Shown: in pieces, positions 55,605 through 64,000 of the stretch
How positions within the stretch are numbered: position 1 is the stretch's first letter
How the letters are laid out: every line of letters starts with the position of its first letter
Assembly (NCBI GenBank): GCA_030747075.1
Contig: JASLLL010000009.1
Location: forward strand, 14,148-78,147
Direction: 5' to 3'
DNA: 64,000 nucleotides
From: Gemmatimonadota bacterium
GTDB taxonomy: Bacteria; ARS69
Position numbers and translations under genes: made by a program
The notes under the pieces: model-generated
The model's database searches: none
What the model saw: only the letters and a program-made list of their open reading frames with translations
Told to the model about the DNA's origin: nothing

Positions 55605-56888
55605 CTACAGCGCCGCCTCCGTCATGGCCGCGAGACTGTCTCGCGCCGCTCCCATGAACTGCTCGGCCACCGCACCGTCGATCAGCCGGTGGTCGAACGA
55701 CAGTCCGAGGTAACACATCGGGCGAATGGCGATGGCATCGTCTATGACGACGGGGCGTTTCTCAATCGCGCCCACGCCGAGAATCCCGGACTGCGGCTGG
55801 TTGATGACCGGGCAGCCGAAGAGCCCGCCGTAGATGCCGGGGTTTGTGATGGTGAAGGTGCCGCCGGAGACCTCGTCCGGGGAGAGCTTCTTCGACCGGG
55901 CGCGTCCGGAGAGGTCCGCGATGCTCTTCGCGAGTCCGGAGACATTCATGTCTCCGGCGTGACGCACGACCGGGACGATGAGCCCCCAATCCAGCGATAC
56001 GGCAATCCCGAGGTGGATGGCGCCGTGGTAGTGGATCTCCTCACCCGAGAGGGAGGCGTTCAGGATGGGTACGGCTTTGAGCGCGTCGCAAACCGCCTTC
56101 GCGATGAACGCCGTGTACGAGAGCTTCACCCCGTTGCGTGAAAGGAATGCGCTGCCGTGCCGTTCGCGAATCGCGACCAGATTGGACACATCCACTTCCC
56201 GGAATGTCTGCACATGCGGACTGATCCTCTTGGAGTCGACCATGTGGTCCGCGATCACCTTCCGCATGGTGGACATGGGTTCCACGCGGTCGCCGAGTTG
56301 CGGCGCTGGCGCGGCGGCCGTCGCCGGTGTGGTCGGGACGGCTGCGGGTGCGGCGGGTGCGGGCGGCGACGACACCCCGGATTCGAGGTGCGCCAGCAGG
56401 TCGCGCTTCGTGACGCGGCCGTGGATTCCCGTGCCCGAAACGAGCGAGAGGTCCACGCCGTGTTCGGCCGCCATCTTTCGTACGAGCGGCGAAGAGAAGA
56501 CGCGCACGCGTTCCCACTCGGTCGCTTCCGGGGCACCCGCGGGGATCGGCTGCGGGGCCGGTGCCTCGGTCGGTGCGGCGGGATGTGCGGCGTCCGGTTC
56601 CGTCGACTTCGGTTCTGTCGGCGCGGGCGCGGGTTCGACCCGGACGCTCGCATCCGTCTCGATTCGAGCAACGACCGTGTTCACCTCGACGGTGTTGCCT
56701 TCGTCCACGATGATCTCCGCAATCACCCCCGCCGCGGGCGAGGGGATCTCCGCGTCCACCTTGTCGGTGGAGATCTCGAAGAGAGGATCGTCCTTCGCGA
56801 CGGGTTCCCCGGCCTTCTTCAACCACTTCGTAATGGTGCCTTCGGCGATGCTCTCGCCCATCTGGGGCATGATGACATCGATCTTCAT
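55605..56888 (-). CDS. Dihydrolipoamide acyltransferase E2 of a 2-oxoacid dehydrogenase complex
   Basis: Lipoyl domain (..EISTDKVDAEIPSP..), Ala/Pro linker, E3-binding domain, catalytic domain with ..DHRLIDG. AGGAGG RBS before the ATG at 56888. Confidence 0.85.
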   Translation of the reverse strand: MKIDVIMPQMGESIAEGTITKWLKKAGEPVAKDDPLFEISTDKVDAEIPSPAAGVIAEIIVDEGNTVEVNTVVARIETDASVRVEPAPAPTEPKSTEPDAAHPAAPTEAPAPQPIPAGAPEATEWERVRVFSSPLVRKMAAEHGVDLSLVSGTGIHGRVTKRDLLAHLESGVSSPPAPAAPAAVPTTPATAAAPAPQLGDRVEPMSTMRKVIADHMVDSKRISPHVQTFREVDVSNLVAIRERHGSAFLSRNGVKLSYTAFIAKAVCDALKAVPILNASLSGEEIHYHGAIHLGIAVSLDWGLIVPVVRHAGDMNVSGLAKSIADLSGRARSKKLSPDEVSGGTFTITNPGIYGGLFGCPVINQPQSGILGVGAIEKRPVVIDDAIAIRPMCYLGLSFDHRLIDGAVAEQFMGAARDSLAAMTEAAL

Positions 56889-56896
56889 CGTTCCTC

Positions 56897-57871
56897 CTAG
56901 TACGCGGCCAGTTGCCGGGCGGCCTCCACGAGGTCCGCGACTCCCGGAAGGTACGCCTCTTCCAGAGGTGGGCTGAAGGGGACCGGCGTGTCCGGCGCGG
57001 TGACGCGCACCACCGGTCCGTCGAGACTGTCGAAGCACCTCTCCGCGAGGATTGCCGAGAGTTCCCCCCCGATCCCGCCGGTGCGTTGCGCTTCGTGGTA
57101 GATGATCACCTTGTTCGTGCGCCTCGCCGTGGCGAGAAGCGCATCTTCGTCGATGGGAAGAAGCGTTCGCAGATCCACGACCTCAATGGAGATTCCCTCC
57201 GCGGCGAGCAGGTCGGCCGCTTCGAGCGCGTGGTGGACGCACGCTCCGAAGGTCACGACGGACAGGTCCGTTCCGTCGCGGTGAATGCGTGCCTTTCCGA
57301 TCGGAACGGTGAACTCTCCGGCCGGGATTTCGTCACGGACTCTCCGGTAGAGGTACTTGTGTTCGAAGAACAGAACCGGATCCGGATCCCGGATGGCGGC
57401 CCGCATGAGGCCGTAGGCATCCAGCGCCGTGGCGGGTTCCACGATCTTCAGTCCCGGCGTGGACAGATAGTGGCTCTCCACATTCTGAGAGTGGAACGGT
57501 CCCCCGTGCACGCCGCCCCCGCATGGACCGCGCACCACAATGGGCACTCCGGCGTTCCAGCGGTATCGGGCCTTCGCGGCCATGTTCACCACCTGATTGA
57601 ACGCGCACGACAGGAAGTCGATGAACTGCATCTCCGCAACCGGGCGCAGGCCGTTCATGGCCGCGCCGACCGCCGCCCCCACGATGGCCGACTCGGAGAT
57701 GGGCGTGTCCACGATCCGCTCCGGTCCGAACTCGTCGAGGAAGCCGCGCGTCGCCCGGAAAGCGCCGCCGTAGGTGCCCACATCTTCGCCGATCACGAAG
57801 ACCGAGGGGTCGGCGAGGAGTTCCGCGCGGATGCCTTCGCGGACCGCATCGACGAAGGTCAGCGTGGGCAT
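56897..57871 (-). CDS. 2-oxoacid dehydrogenase E1 component beta subunit
   Basis: Transketolase-like pyrimidine-binding and C-terminal domains. MPTLTFVDAVREG.. N-terminus. Confidence 0.85.
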   Translation of the reverse strand: MPTLTFVDAVREGIRAELLADPSVFVIGEDVGTYGGAFRATRGFLDEFGPERIVDTPISESAIVGAAVGAAMNGLRPVAEMQFIDFLSCAFNQVVNMAAKARYRWNAGVPIVVRGPCGGGVHGGPFHSQNVESHYLSTPGLKIVEPATALDAYGLMRAAIRDPDPVLFFEHKYLYRRVRDEIPAGEFTVPIGKARIHRDGTDLSVVTFGACVHHALEAADLLAAEGISIEVVDLRTLLPIDEDALLATARRTNKVIIYHEAQRTGGIGGELSAILAERCFDSLDGPVVRVTAPDTPVPFSPPLEEAYLPGVADLVEAARQLAAY

Positions 57872-58911
57872 GGTTCGCTCCCTTCGATTCCCCCGTCATC
57901 GGCGGTGACCCGCCCGGCGGCATACGACGCTTCCGGCATGGGGGAGGCGACGGCAAAGTCCGCGTCCGCATCGATCTCTTCGCGGAGCGCGGCCGTTCGG
58001 TTCTCCCGTTCCTCTGAAGTGAGGATTCCCTCCGACTCCAGAAGCGCGTCGTATCGGAGCAACGGATCCTGAACGCGCCACTCGACCAGGAGCTCGGGCG
58101 GGACATACTTCGCGTCGTCGTGTTCGGCGTGTCCCTTCATGCGAAAGGTCTTCATCTCCAGCAGCACGGGGCCGTGGCCGGAACGCGCATGCGCGAGGGC
58201 GCGTCTTGTCGCGTCGTACACAGCGAGCACATCGTTTCCGTCCACCATTTCACCGGGGATTCCATACGACTCCGCCTTCACGACAAAACCCGCCGCCTTT
58301 GTCTGCCGGGAGGTGGGCGTGGAGTAGGCGTAGCCGTTGTTCTCCACAATGACGACCAGCGGGACTTCCAGTACCGCGGCCATGTTGACGCCTTCGTGGA
58401 AGTCTCCGGTGGAGGTGCCACCGTCGCCGATATAGGTCATCGCGGCCAGGTCCTCGCCACGCATTTTTCCGGCCAGCGCGATCCCCGCCATGACCGGAAT
58501 CACGGCACCGAGGTGCGAGATCGGCGCGACGATCCTCCGGTCCAGATCGCCGAAGTGCGTGTTTCCGTCGCGGCCTCCGGTGGGACCGGTGGCGCGTGCG
58601 AGATACTGCGCGAAGACTTCCCGCGGGCGTACGCCCCGCACGAGAAGCGTCCCCAGATTCCGGATGAGCGGCCCCACCCAGTCTTTCTCCTCCAGCGCAT
58701 AGGCCGTGCCGACGGAGATGGCCTCCTGCCCGAGCGAACTGAAGAGCCCTCCGACCACCTTCCCGGTCCGGTAGAGCAACCCGAGGCGCTCGTCCACCAT
58801 GCGATTCCGCTGGAGGTGCTGCCAGATTTCGAGCTTCGCCGAAGGGCTGAGGGCGGCGGCCTCGATTCCGGGCGGCGGGCTAGATGTGGAGGGGATTCCC
58901 GTCGACGCCAT
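57859..58911 (-). CDS. 2-oxoacid dehydrogenase E1 component alpha subunit (TPP-binding)
   Basis: TPP motif ..GDGGTSTGDFHEGVNMA...NN.. The start is uncertain; the ATG at 58911 would overlap the lpdA 3' end by ~30 nt. Confidence 0.8.
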   Translation of the reverse strand: MASTGIPSTSSPPPGIEAAALSPSAKLEIWQHLQRNRMVDERLGLLYRTGKVVGGLFSSLGQEAISVGTAYALEEKDWVGPLIRNLGTLLVRGVRPREVFAQYLARATGPTGGRDGNTHFGDLDRRIVAPISHLGAVIPVMAGIALAGKMRGEDLAAMTYIGDGGTSTGDFHEGVNMAAVLEVPLVVIVENNGYAYSTPTSRQTKAAGFVVKAESYGIPGEMVDGNDVLAVYDATRRALAHARSGHGPVLLEMKTFRMKGHAEHDDAKYVPPELLVEWRVQDPLLRYDALLESEGILTSEERENRTAALREEIDADADFAVASPMPEASYAAGRVTADDGGIEGSEPCPR

Positions 58912-60280
58912 GCGCCGCCTCCTGGATGGCTTCGGAAAGAGTGGGATGCGGATGCATGGTCCGGACGATTTCCTCCGCGGTACACTCGGTACGCAGGAGA
59001 ATCCCGGCTTCCGCGATGAGTTCGGTCGCGTGAGGCCCCATGATGTGGACGCCGAGCACCTCTCCGTGCGGTTTCCCGGCGACAATCTTCACGAAGCCGT
59101 CTGTCGCGCCGAGGATTCGCGCCTTTCCGCTCGCGGAGAAGGGGAACCGTCCGACGGAGACTTCGTGCCCCGCGTCGCGTGCAGCCGCCTCCGTGAGGCC
59201 GACCGAGGCCACTTCGGGGTCCGCGTAAGTGCAGGAGGGCGTGGTCGCGTAATCGACCGGATGCGTCTCGGCCCCGGCGATGTGCTCGACGGCGGCGATC
59301 GCTTCCGCGCTGGCAACATGGGCCAGCGCAGGCGTGTCGATCACATCGCCGATGGCGCGAATGCCCGGGACGGTCGTGCGATAGTGGTCATCCACCTTCA
59401 CGAAGCCGCGATCATCCAGACACACACCCGCCTTCACGGCGCCGAGGCCCTCCGTGAACGGGGCACGACCCACCGCCGAGAGAAGCATGGACGCGGACAG
59501 GTTCTTTGTGCCGCCGTCTCCATCTTCCACGGCGCAGACGACTCCGTCCTCCGTGGCGGTCACGCGCCCCATCCTCGTGCCGCAGTAGGTGCGGATGCCG
59601 CGTTTGCCCAGAGCCTTTGCGAAGGCGTCGGAGATCTCCTCGTCCTCGAAGGGGAGGAGCCTCGGGAGCAGCTCCACGATCGTCACCACCGACCCGAGCC
59701 GGGAGAAGACCGACGCGAACTCCACACCGACCGCGCCTCCACCCAGAACGAGAAGGCTCGGCGGAATCTCCTTCAGTTCCAGCATTTCGTTGGAAGTCAG
59801 AATGTGCCGCCCGTCCGGCTCGATTCCGGGAACCCCGCGAGGAACGGAACCCGTGGCGATCAGGACTTCCCGGGCTTCGAGACAGACCTCCTCCTGATCG
59901 GGCAGCGAGACGGAGACGCTCCCCGGCCCGTCGATGCGGGCGGTTCCGTTCACGACCTCCACGCCGTTTTTCTTCATCAGGTAACGAACGCCGGCGGCCG
60001 AGCGGTCCACGACCTTCTTCTTGTTTCGCATGATGCCGGGGAAGTCCACCGTGATGCCCTCCGCCCGGATGCCGTGGGCGTCGGCCCCGCGCATCTCCTG
60101 AAGAAGGTCCGCCGAGTGCAGGAGCGCCTTGGTCGGGATGCATCCGCGGAGCAGACAGGTGCCGCCGAGCTGGCGTTCCCGCTCCACCAGCGTGACGGAC
60201 AGCCCCAGCCGGGAGGCACGGATGGCACCGACATATCCGCCGGGACCGCCCCCGATGATCACGAGATCCTGCTTCGCCAC
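58880..60280 (-). CDS. lpdA: Dihydrolipoyl dehydrogenase E3
   Basis: FAD GxGxxG (LVIIGGGPGGY), redox-active CLLRGCIPTK, NAD site and dimerisation domain. GTG at 60280 is preceded by AGGAGG. Confidence 0.9.
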   Translation of the reverse strand: MAKQDLVIIGGGPGGYVGAIRASRLGLSVTLVERERQLGGTCLLRGCIPTKALLHSADLLQEMRGADAHGIRAEGITVDFPGIMRNKKKVVDRSAAGVRYLMKKNGVEVVNGTARIDGPGSVSVSLPDQEEVCLEAREVLIATGSVPRGVPGIEPDGRHILTSNEMLELKEIPPSLLVLGGGAVGVEFASVFSRLGSVVTIVELLPRLLPFEDEEISDAFAKALGKRGIRTYCGTRMGRVTATEDGVVCAVEDGDGGTKNLSASMLLSAVGRAPFTEGLGAVKAGVCLDDRGFVKVDDHYRTTVPGIRAIGDVIDTPALAHVASAEAIAAVEHIAGAETHPVDYATTPSCTYADPEVASVGLTEAAARDAGHEVSVGRFPFSASGKARILGATDGFVKIVAGKPHGEVLGVHIMGPHATELIAEAGILLRTECTAEEIVRTMHPHPTLSEAIQEAAHGVDGNPLHI

Positions 60281-60496
60281 GGTCTGCCGCCTCCTGTGTC
60301 CTTCGGTCCCATCCCGCCACACTCTTGACGCGGCGCGGAGTGTAACGCTCCCCGGGCGGGTGGGGAAGACGGCAGTCCGAGGCAATGCGAACGATCGTTC
60401 GCTTTGCCGGTCCCTCCCCGGCGATCTCCTCCGGGGCGCTGGCTCGCTCTCAATAGGCCTTCAGTCGAGGCGGGCGCCACTTTTGTGGCGTTTTGC

Positions 60497-60526
60497 GATT
60501 GACGAGTTTGCAATCAACAATAAAAT
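60497..60526 (+). promoter_or_regulatory. Candidate sigma-70 promoter (TTGACG-16-TAAAAT) overlapping an inverted repeat GATTG-N9-CAATC, upstream of the Rrf2 regulator gene
   Basis: This is the only AT-rich patch in the intergenic region, 65-95 nt upstream of the Rrf2 start. The palindrome overlaps the -35/spacer, as expected for an autoregulated Rrf2 operator. Confidence 0.4.
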
Positions 60527-60590
60527 GGAGGTCTGGATCCGGGTTGTCTTGGACGCGGGTTCCCATTGTCCCGAACGAGAGAGGCAGGTC

Positions 60591-61082
60591 ATGTTCTCCC
60601 AGACCATGGAATACGCGTTGCGGGCGGTTGTCTGCCTGGCGACCTCGACAGATCAGTCGATCACGACGCACCAGATCGCGAGAGACACGAAGATCCCGGC
60701 CAGCTACCTCTCCAAGGTGCTTCAGACGCTGGGTCGGGCGGGAATCGTCCGGTCACGCCGGGGGCTTCACGGGGGATTCCTCCTGGCGAAGGCTCCGGAG
60801 GACCTGACCATTCTGGATGTGGTGAACGCGGTGGATCCCATCCAGCGGGTGGGGCGCTGTCCGCTGGAACTGGAAGAGCACAGCGCGGAACTCTGCCCGT
60901 TGCACCGGCGCCTGGATGAGGCGCTGGCCGAGATCGAGAAGGGCATGGAACGATCGACCGTCGCGGAGTTGATTCTGGAGGGCAAGGCTCATTCCAGCCG
61001 GTGCTGCCTGGACCCGGAACTCCCCGATGGCGGGGACAGTGGTCCGGACACGACGAACGGACAGGATCCCGGGGACCGTTGA
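60591..61082 (+). CDS. Rrf2-family transcriptional regulator (IscR/NsrR-like)
   Basis: N-terminal wHTH (..MEYALRAVVCLA..ITTHQIARDTKIPASYLSKVLQTLGRAGIV.. ..GGFLLAKAPEDLTILDVV..). Three Cys in the C-terminal half (C..C.....C) are candidate cluster ligands. Confidence 0.8.
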   Translation: MFSQTMEYALRAVVCLATSTDQSITTHQIARDTKIPASYLSKVLQTLGRAGIVRSRRGLHGGFLLAKAPEDLTILDVVNAVDPIQRVGRCPLELEEHSAELCPLHRRLDEALAEIEKGMERSTVAELILEGKAHSSRCCLDPELPDGGDSGPDTTNGQDPGDR

Positions 61083-61185
61083 GGGACCGTCCCGGCGATT
61101 CCCACTCCCACACGCGAGCGGTTCTGCGGTAGCATACGCGCTCTTGTGACCGGAAATGGTGGCGTGGATGCCTCGGAGGAAGACC

Positions 61186-62253
61186 ATGAACCTGAAACTC
61201 TCGCGGGCGCTCGTTCTCGCCGCGCTCGTTCTTCCGCTGGCGGGTCTCTTCGTCGTGGGAGCCGTGTTCCGTTTCGTTGAGCCGGAGATGTTTGCGTGGG
61301 CGACGCGCCTCATGAGTCACGAGACGGCGTTTTTCGGCGTGATTCTGCTGGCGGTGGCCGCAGGAGCGGCCGGGCTGGCCTCGCGGGCGGTCCGCGTCGG
61401 GGCGGACTCCCGGGCGGTCGGGTACCTTCTTCTGGCGCTCGCGGCGGGCGGGGGCTTTCTGGCGGTTTTCGGTGCGGAGCGACAGGCGCTGGAGTCGCGC
61501 GGCCTGATCGGCGGACACTTCTTCGACCCCGCGCCCGAGTTTGTAGCGGCTCGCTTTGGCGTGGATCTTCCGGAGGATGCGGGATCGGCGGGACCCTCCG
61601 AGCCGGAGATTGCGCTGGAACCCGGAGACGCGGCGGCGGGCGCCGGTCTCTACCTCTCCACCTGCATGGCGTGTCACGGGATGAACGCCGAGGGCGTGCC
61701 GGGTCTGGGGCCGGGCATGCGCGAGAACGCGTTCGTGTCCGGGCTGGATGATCGGGCCTTCGTGGAGTTTCTCAAAGTCGGCCGGGCGGCGGATGATCCG
61801 GCGAACACCACGGGAATCCCCATGATGCCCCGGGGCGGGAATCCCGCGCTGACGGATCAGGATCTCGCGCACATCGTGGCGCACATCCGCACGCTGGAGG
61901 ATGCCGGAGGGGCGGCACCTCCTCCGGCAGCGACCGGCGGACTTCTCATTCATGCGTCGGTGCTTCCGTCTTCGGCAGCAGGTCCCGCAGGGCTGGCGGC
62001 GACTCCCGGTCCGGATGATGTCCCGCGGACGCCCGCACACGCGAGCCGGTTCTTCCGATTTCACTGGGTGGTGACCGGACTGCTTGCGCTGTTCACGGTT
62101 CTCGCGATGGCCACGCTGCTCCGGACGCTCGCGCGCGCTCTGGCCGGGCATACCGCGCCTCGCGATGATACCGTCGTGCGCCTTTGCGGCGCTTGCTGGG
62201 GCGTGATGGCCGCCGGATGGCTTGTGCTGTTTCCCCTGTTCTACCTGCACTAG
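61186..62253 (+). CDS. Membrane-bound mono-haem cytochrome c
   Basis: N-terminal TM helices, a CMACHG haem-binding site, and additional C-terminal TM helices. GGAGGA RBS before the ATG at 61186. Confidence 0.7.
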   Translation: MNLKLSRALVLAALVLPLAGLFVVGAVFRFVEPEMFAWATRLMSHETAFFGVILLAVAAGAAGLASRAVRVGADSRAVGYLLLALAAGGGFLAVFGAERQALESRGLIGGHFFDPAPEFVAARFGVDLPEDAGSAGPSEPEIALEPGDAAAGAGLYLSTCMACHGMNAEGVPGLGPGMRENAFVSGLDDRAFVEFLKVGRAADDPANTTGIPMMPRGGNPALTDQDLAHIVAHIRTLEDAGGAAPPPAATGGLLIHASVLPSSAAGPAGLAATPGPDDVPRTPAHASRFFRFHWVVTGLLALFTVLAMATLLRTLARALAGHTAPRDDTVVRLCGACWGVMAAGWLVLFPLFYLH

Positions 62254-62271
62254 ACCGGAAAGGGGAACACC

Positions 62272-63375
62272 ATGGCCAGCGGGCCTTCCTTACGCTTCCT
62301 GCCTCTGATGCTGGCGGGGGTCGCGGCGCTTCTGTCCGGCATGTACGCCGGACTGGTGCGCATGGGGTGGATGCTTCCGGGCCTCGGTCCGGGACTGGCC
62401 GCGCTCCATGGTCCGCTGATGGTCTGCGGGTTTGTGGGAACGCTGGTGTGCGTGGAACGGACCGTCGGGATGCGGCAGCGCGTCGCGATACTCATTCCCA
62501 TTCTGGCCGCTCTCGGGATGATCGGGATTCTCGCCGGAGTGCCCGCACCCTGGCCCGCGGTGATCGTGAGTCTGGCCAGCGCAGGACTGATCGTCGCCTA
62601 TGCCACGGCCATGCGACTCCACGGGGGCGTCCCGCTGACCGTCATGGCGCTGGGTGGTGTCGCGTGGCTCGTGGGGAACCTTCACTGGCTGGCGGGCGTT
62701 GCGCTCCACCTGCCGGTTGGCTGGTGGATGGGCTTCCTCGTGCTCACCGTGGCGGGGGAACGCCTGGAACTCAGCCGCATGGCCAACCCGCCGCCTTCCG
62801 CGAGGCGTCTATTCACGGCGTGCGTGGTGCTGTTCTGCGGCGGCCTCACCGCGGGGTCCGTCTTCCCCGGGCATGGGCACATTCCCGTGGGGATCGCGCT
62901 GGCGGCGCTGGCGCTCTGGCTCTTCCGGTTTGATATTGCCCGCCGCACCATCCGGTCCACGGGCCTTCCGCGGTTTGTCGCGGCAAGCCTTCTCTCCGGC
63001 TACGCGTGGTTGTTGCTCGGCGGGGCGGTCATGGCCGGAACCGGAGGAGTCGCCTCGGGCATGACCTGGGACATCATCGTGCATTCCGTGTTCGTGGGCT
63101 TCGTCTTCTCGATGATCTTCGGGCACGCCCCCATCATTTTCCCGGCGGTACTGGGGGTCCCGGTTCACTATCGCCCGCTGCTCTATGCGCCGCTCGCGCT
63201 GCTTCATCTGTCGCTGATTGTGCGCGTCGCGGGGGATCTTGCGGGAAACCCCGTCGTGCGCCGCGCGGGGGGGCTTCTTGATGCGGCGGCCATCATTCTC
63301 TATCTGGCGATGATTCTCGGGTCCGCGCTCGCGGGGCGGGGCCGAGCCGCGGACGAAACCTCCGCCCGCGGCTGA
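62272..63375 (+). CDS. Polytopic membrane protein (about 10 TM), possibly NnrS-like; function unverified
   Basis: Strongly hydrophobic throughout, with conserved-looking His residues in TM segments. Co-oriented immediately after the Rrf2 and cytochrome c genes. Confidence 0.55.
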   Translation: MASGPSLRFLPLMLAGVAALLSGMYAGLVRMGWMLPGLGPGLAALHGPLMVCGFVGTLVCVERTVGMRQRVAILIPILAALGMIGILAGVPAPWPAVIVSLASAGLIVAYATAMRLHGGVPLTVMALGGVAWLVGNLHWLAGVALHLPVGWWMGFLVLTVAGERLELSRMANPPPSARRLFTACVVLFCGGLTAGSVFPGHGHIPVGIALAALALWLFRFDIARRTIRSTGLPRFVAASLLSGYAWLLLGGAVMAGTGGVASGMTWDIIVHSVFVGFVFSMIFGHAPIIFPAVLGVPVHYRPLLYAPLALLHLSLIVRVAGDLAGNPVVRRAGGLLDAAAIILYLAMILGSALAGRGRAADETSARG

Positions 63376-63400
63376 TTCACCCTGTCGGTGTGCGCGCCGG

Positions 63401-63838
63401 CTACTTCTCCGTCAGATTCCGGATGTGTTCGCGCAGTGCGGCCACGATCACCGGCTTCTTCACGAGGTCCGGGTTCGGCGGCATCAGAGGACTCAGGCCG
63501 ACCGCCGGGCCTCCTTTGAGGATGATCGTCTCGATCTCTTCATCCTTGGCGGTCTTCTGCCACTCCGCATCGAGAAACGAGCGCGGCTTCGGGTTGAGTG
63601 CCACCGCCGCAAGCCCGTCACCGGCTCCGGTCGCGCCGTGGCACGCCCCGCAACGGGTGGTGAAGATCTGTGCGGCCTCCTTGCGGGCCTCGTCCGTGAT
63701 CTCCAGGGCCGTCTTTTCGACCCCCTTGATCTCCTGAACCGTCTCCGCGGCCTTGACCTTTCCGGTTTCGGCCGGGACGAACGACGGCAGTGCAAGGGTC
63801 GCGACCACCGCGAAAGCAGGAAGGAACTTCCGAGTCAT
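63401..63838 (-). CDS. Class I soluble cytochrome c (c552/c6-like)
   Basis: Signal peptide, CGACHG haem site and distal Met region (..LMPPNP..). ATG at 63838 is preceded by AAGGAG. Confidence 0.8.
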   Translation of the reverse strand: MTRKFLPAFAVVATLALPSFVPAETGKVKAAETVQEIKGVEKTALEITDEARKEAAQIFTTRCGACHGATGAGDGLAAVALNPKPRSFLDAEWQKTAKDEEIETIILKGGPAVGLSPLMPPNPDLVKKPVIVAALREHIRNLTEK

Positions 63839-64000
63839 GATTTCTCCTTGGGATGCGAGTTGTTGAAACGGGGGGGGATTATGGGAGAGTGACCCACGCA
63901 TTTCCAGCACCGATTCAGCGCGATTCAGACATTTCGTCCGCGATCCACACCGGCGACACCCAGAACCGTTCTCCATCGACCGATTCACCCCGGAGCCACA

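Noticed and set aside
1-64000. CRISPR arrays, IS elements/transposases, integrases, phage genes, rRNA/tRNA
   Set aside because: No spaced direct-repeat arrays, no recognisable transposase, integrase or phage proteins in any frame, and no rRNA-like segments. The window looks like core chromosome.

Overview
This is a 64 kb window of very GC-rich (about 70%) bacterial chromosome. It is gene-dense, coding on both strands, and has no rRNA, tRNA, CRISPR array or transposase that I could recognise. The content is mostly core metabolism plus envelope functions.

The biosynthetic and metabolic genes are:
- thiC
- an ErpA/IscA-type Fe-S carrier
- a MoeZ-like adenylyltransferase with a rhodanese domain
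- a futalosine-route menaquinone cluster (UbiA-like prenyltransferase, UbiX, UbiD, MqnE/MqnC-type radical-SAM pair, MqnA)
- lipB and lipA
- a 2-oxoacid dehydrogenase operon (E1alpha, E1beta, E2, E3)
- a fused ADP-forming acetyl-CoA synthetase
- a PreA-type dihydropyrimidine dehydrogenase

The envelope and regulatory genes are:
- a heavy-metal RND efflux operon (Cys-rich small protein, TolC-like OMP, MFP with two CxMHP metal-binding modules, oversized CusA/CzcA-like pump)
- an FG-GAP protein carrying a T9SS type-A C-terminal sorting domain
- SppA
- two paralogous membrane-anchored AlkP-superfamily phosphodiesterases
- an ABC-2 transporter
- a TPR-GAF-sigma54 enhancer-binding protein
- an Rrf2 regulator next to cytochrome c genes

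The most striking feature is a set of at least four otherwise dissimilar signal-peptide proteins that all end in the same short C-terminal tail, ...[S/G]-W-G-x-[I/V]-K-x-L-Y-R-stop. They are two tandem paralogs at the window start, a lamin-tail-domain protein, and a planctomycete-cytochrome-like protein. The tail looks like a protein-sorting or anchoring tag that I cannot assign to any C-terminal sorting-signal class I know. One member lies directly downstream of a perfect sigma-54 -24/-12 promoter that itself sits next to the sigma-54 activator gene.

Many long ORFs in the track are antisense or alternative-frame artefacts of the high GC content and were discarded. Start codons were refined from RBS and overlap context. 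My base indexing by eye may be off by 1-2 nt in places.
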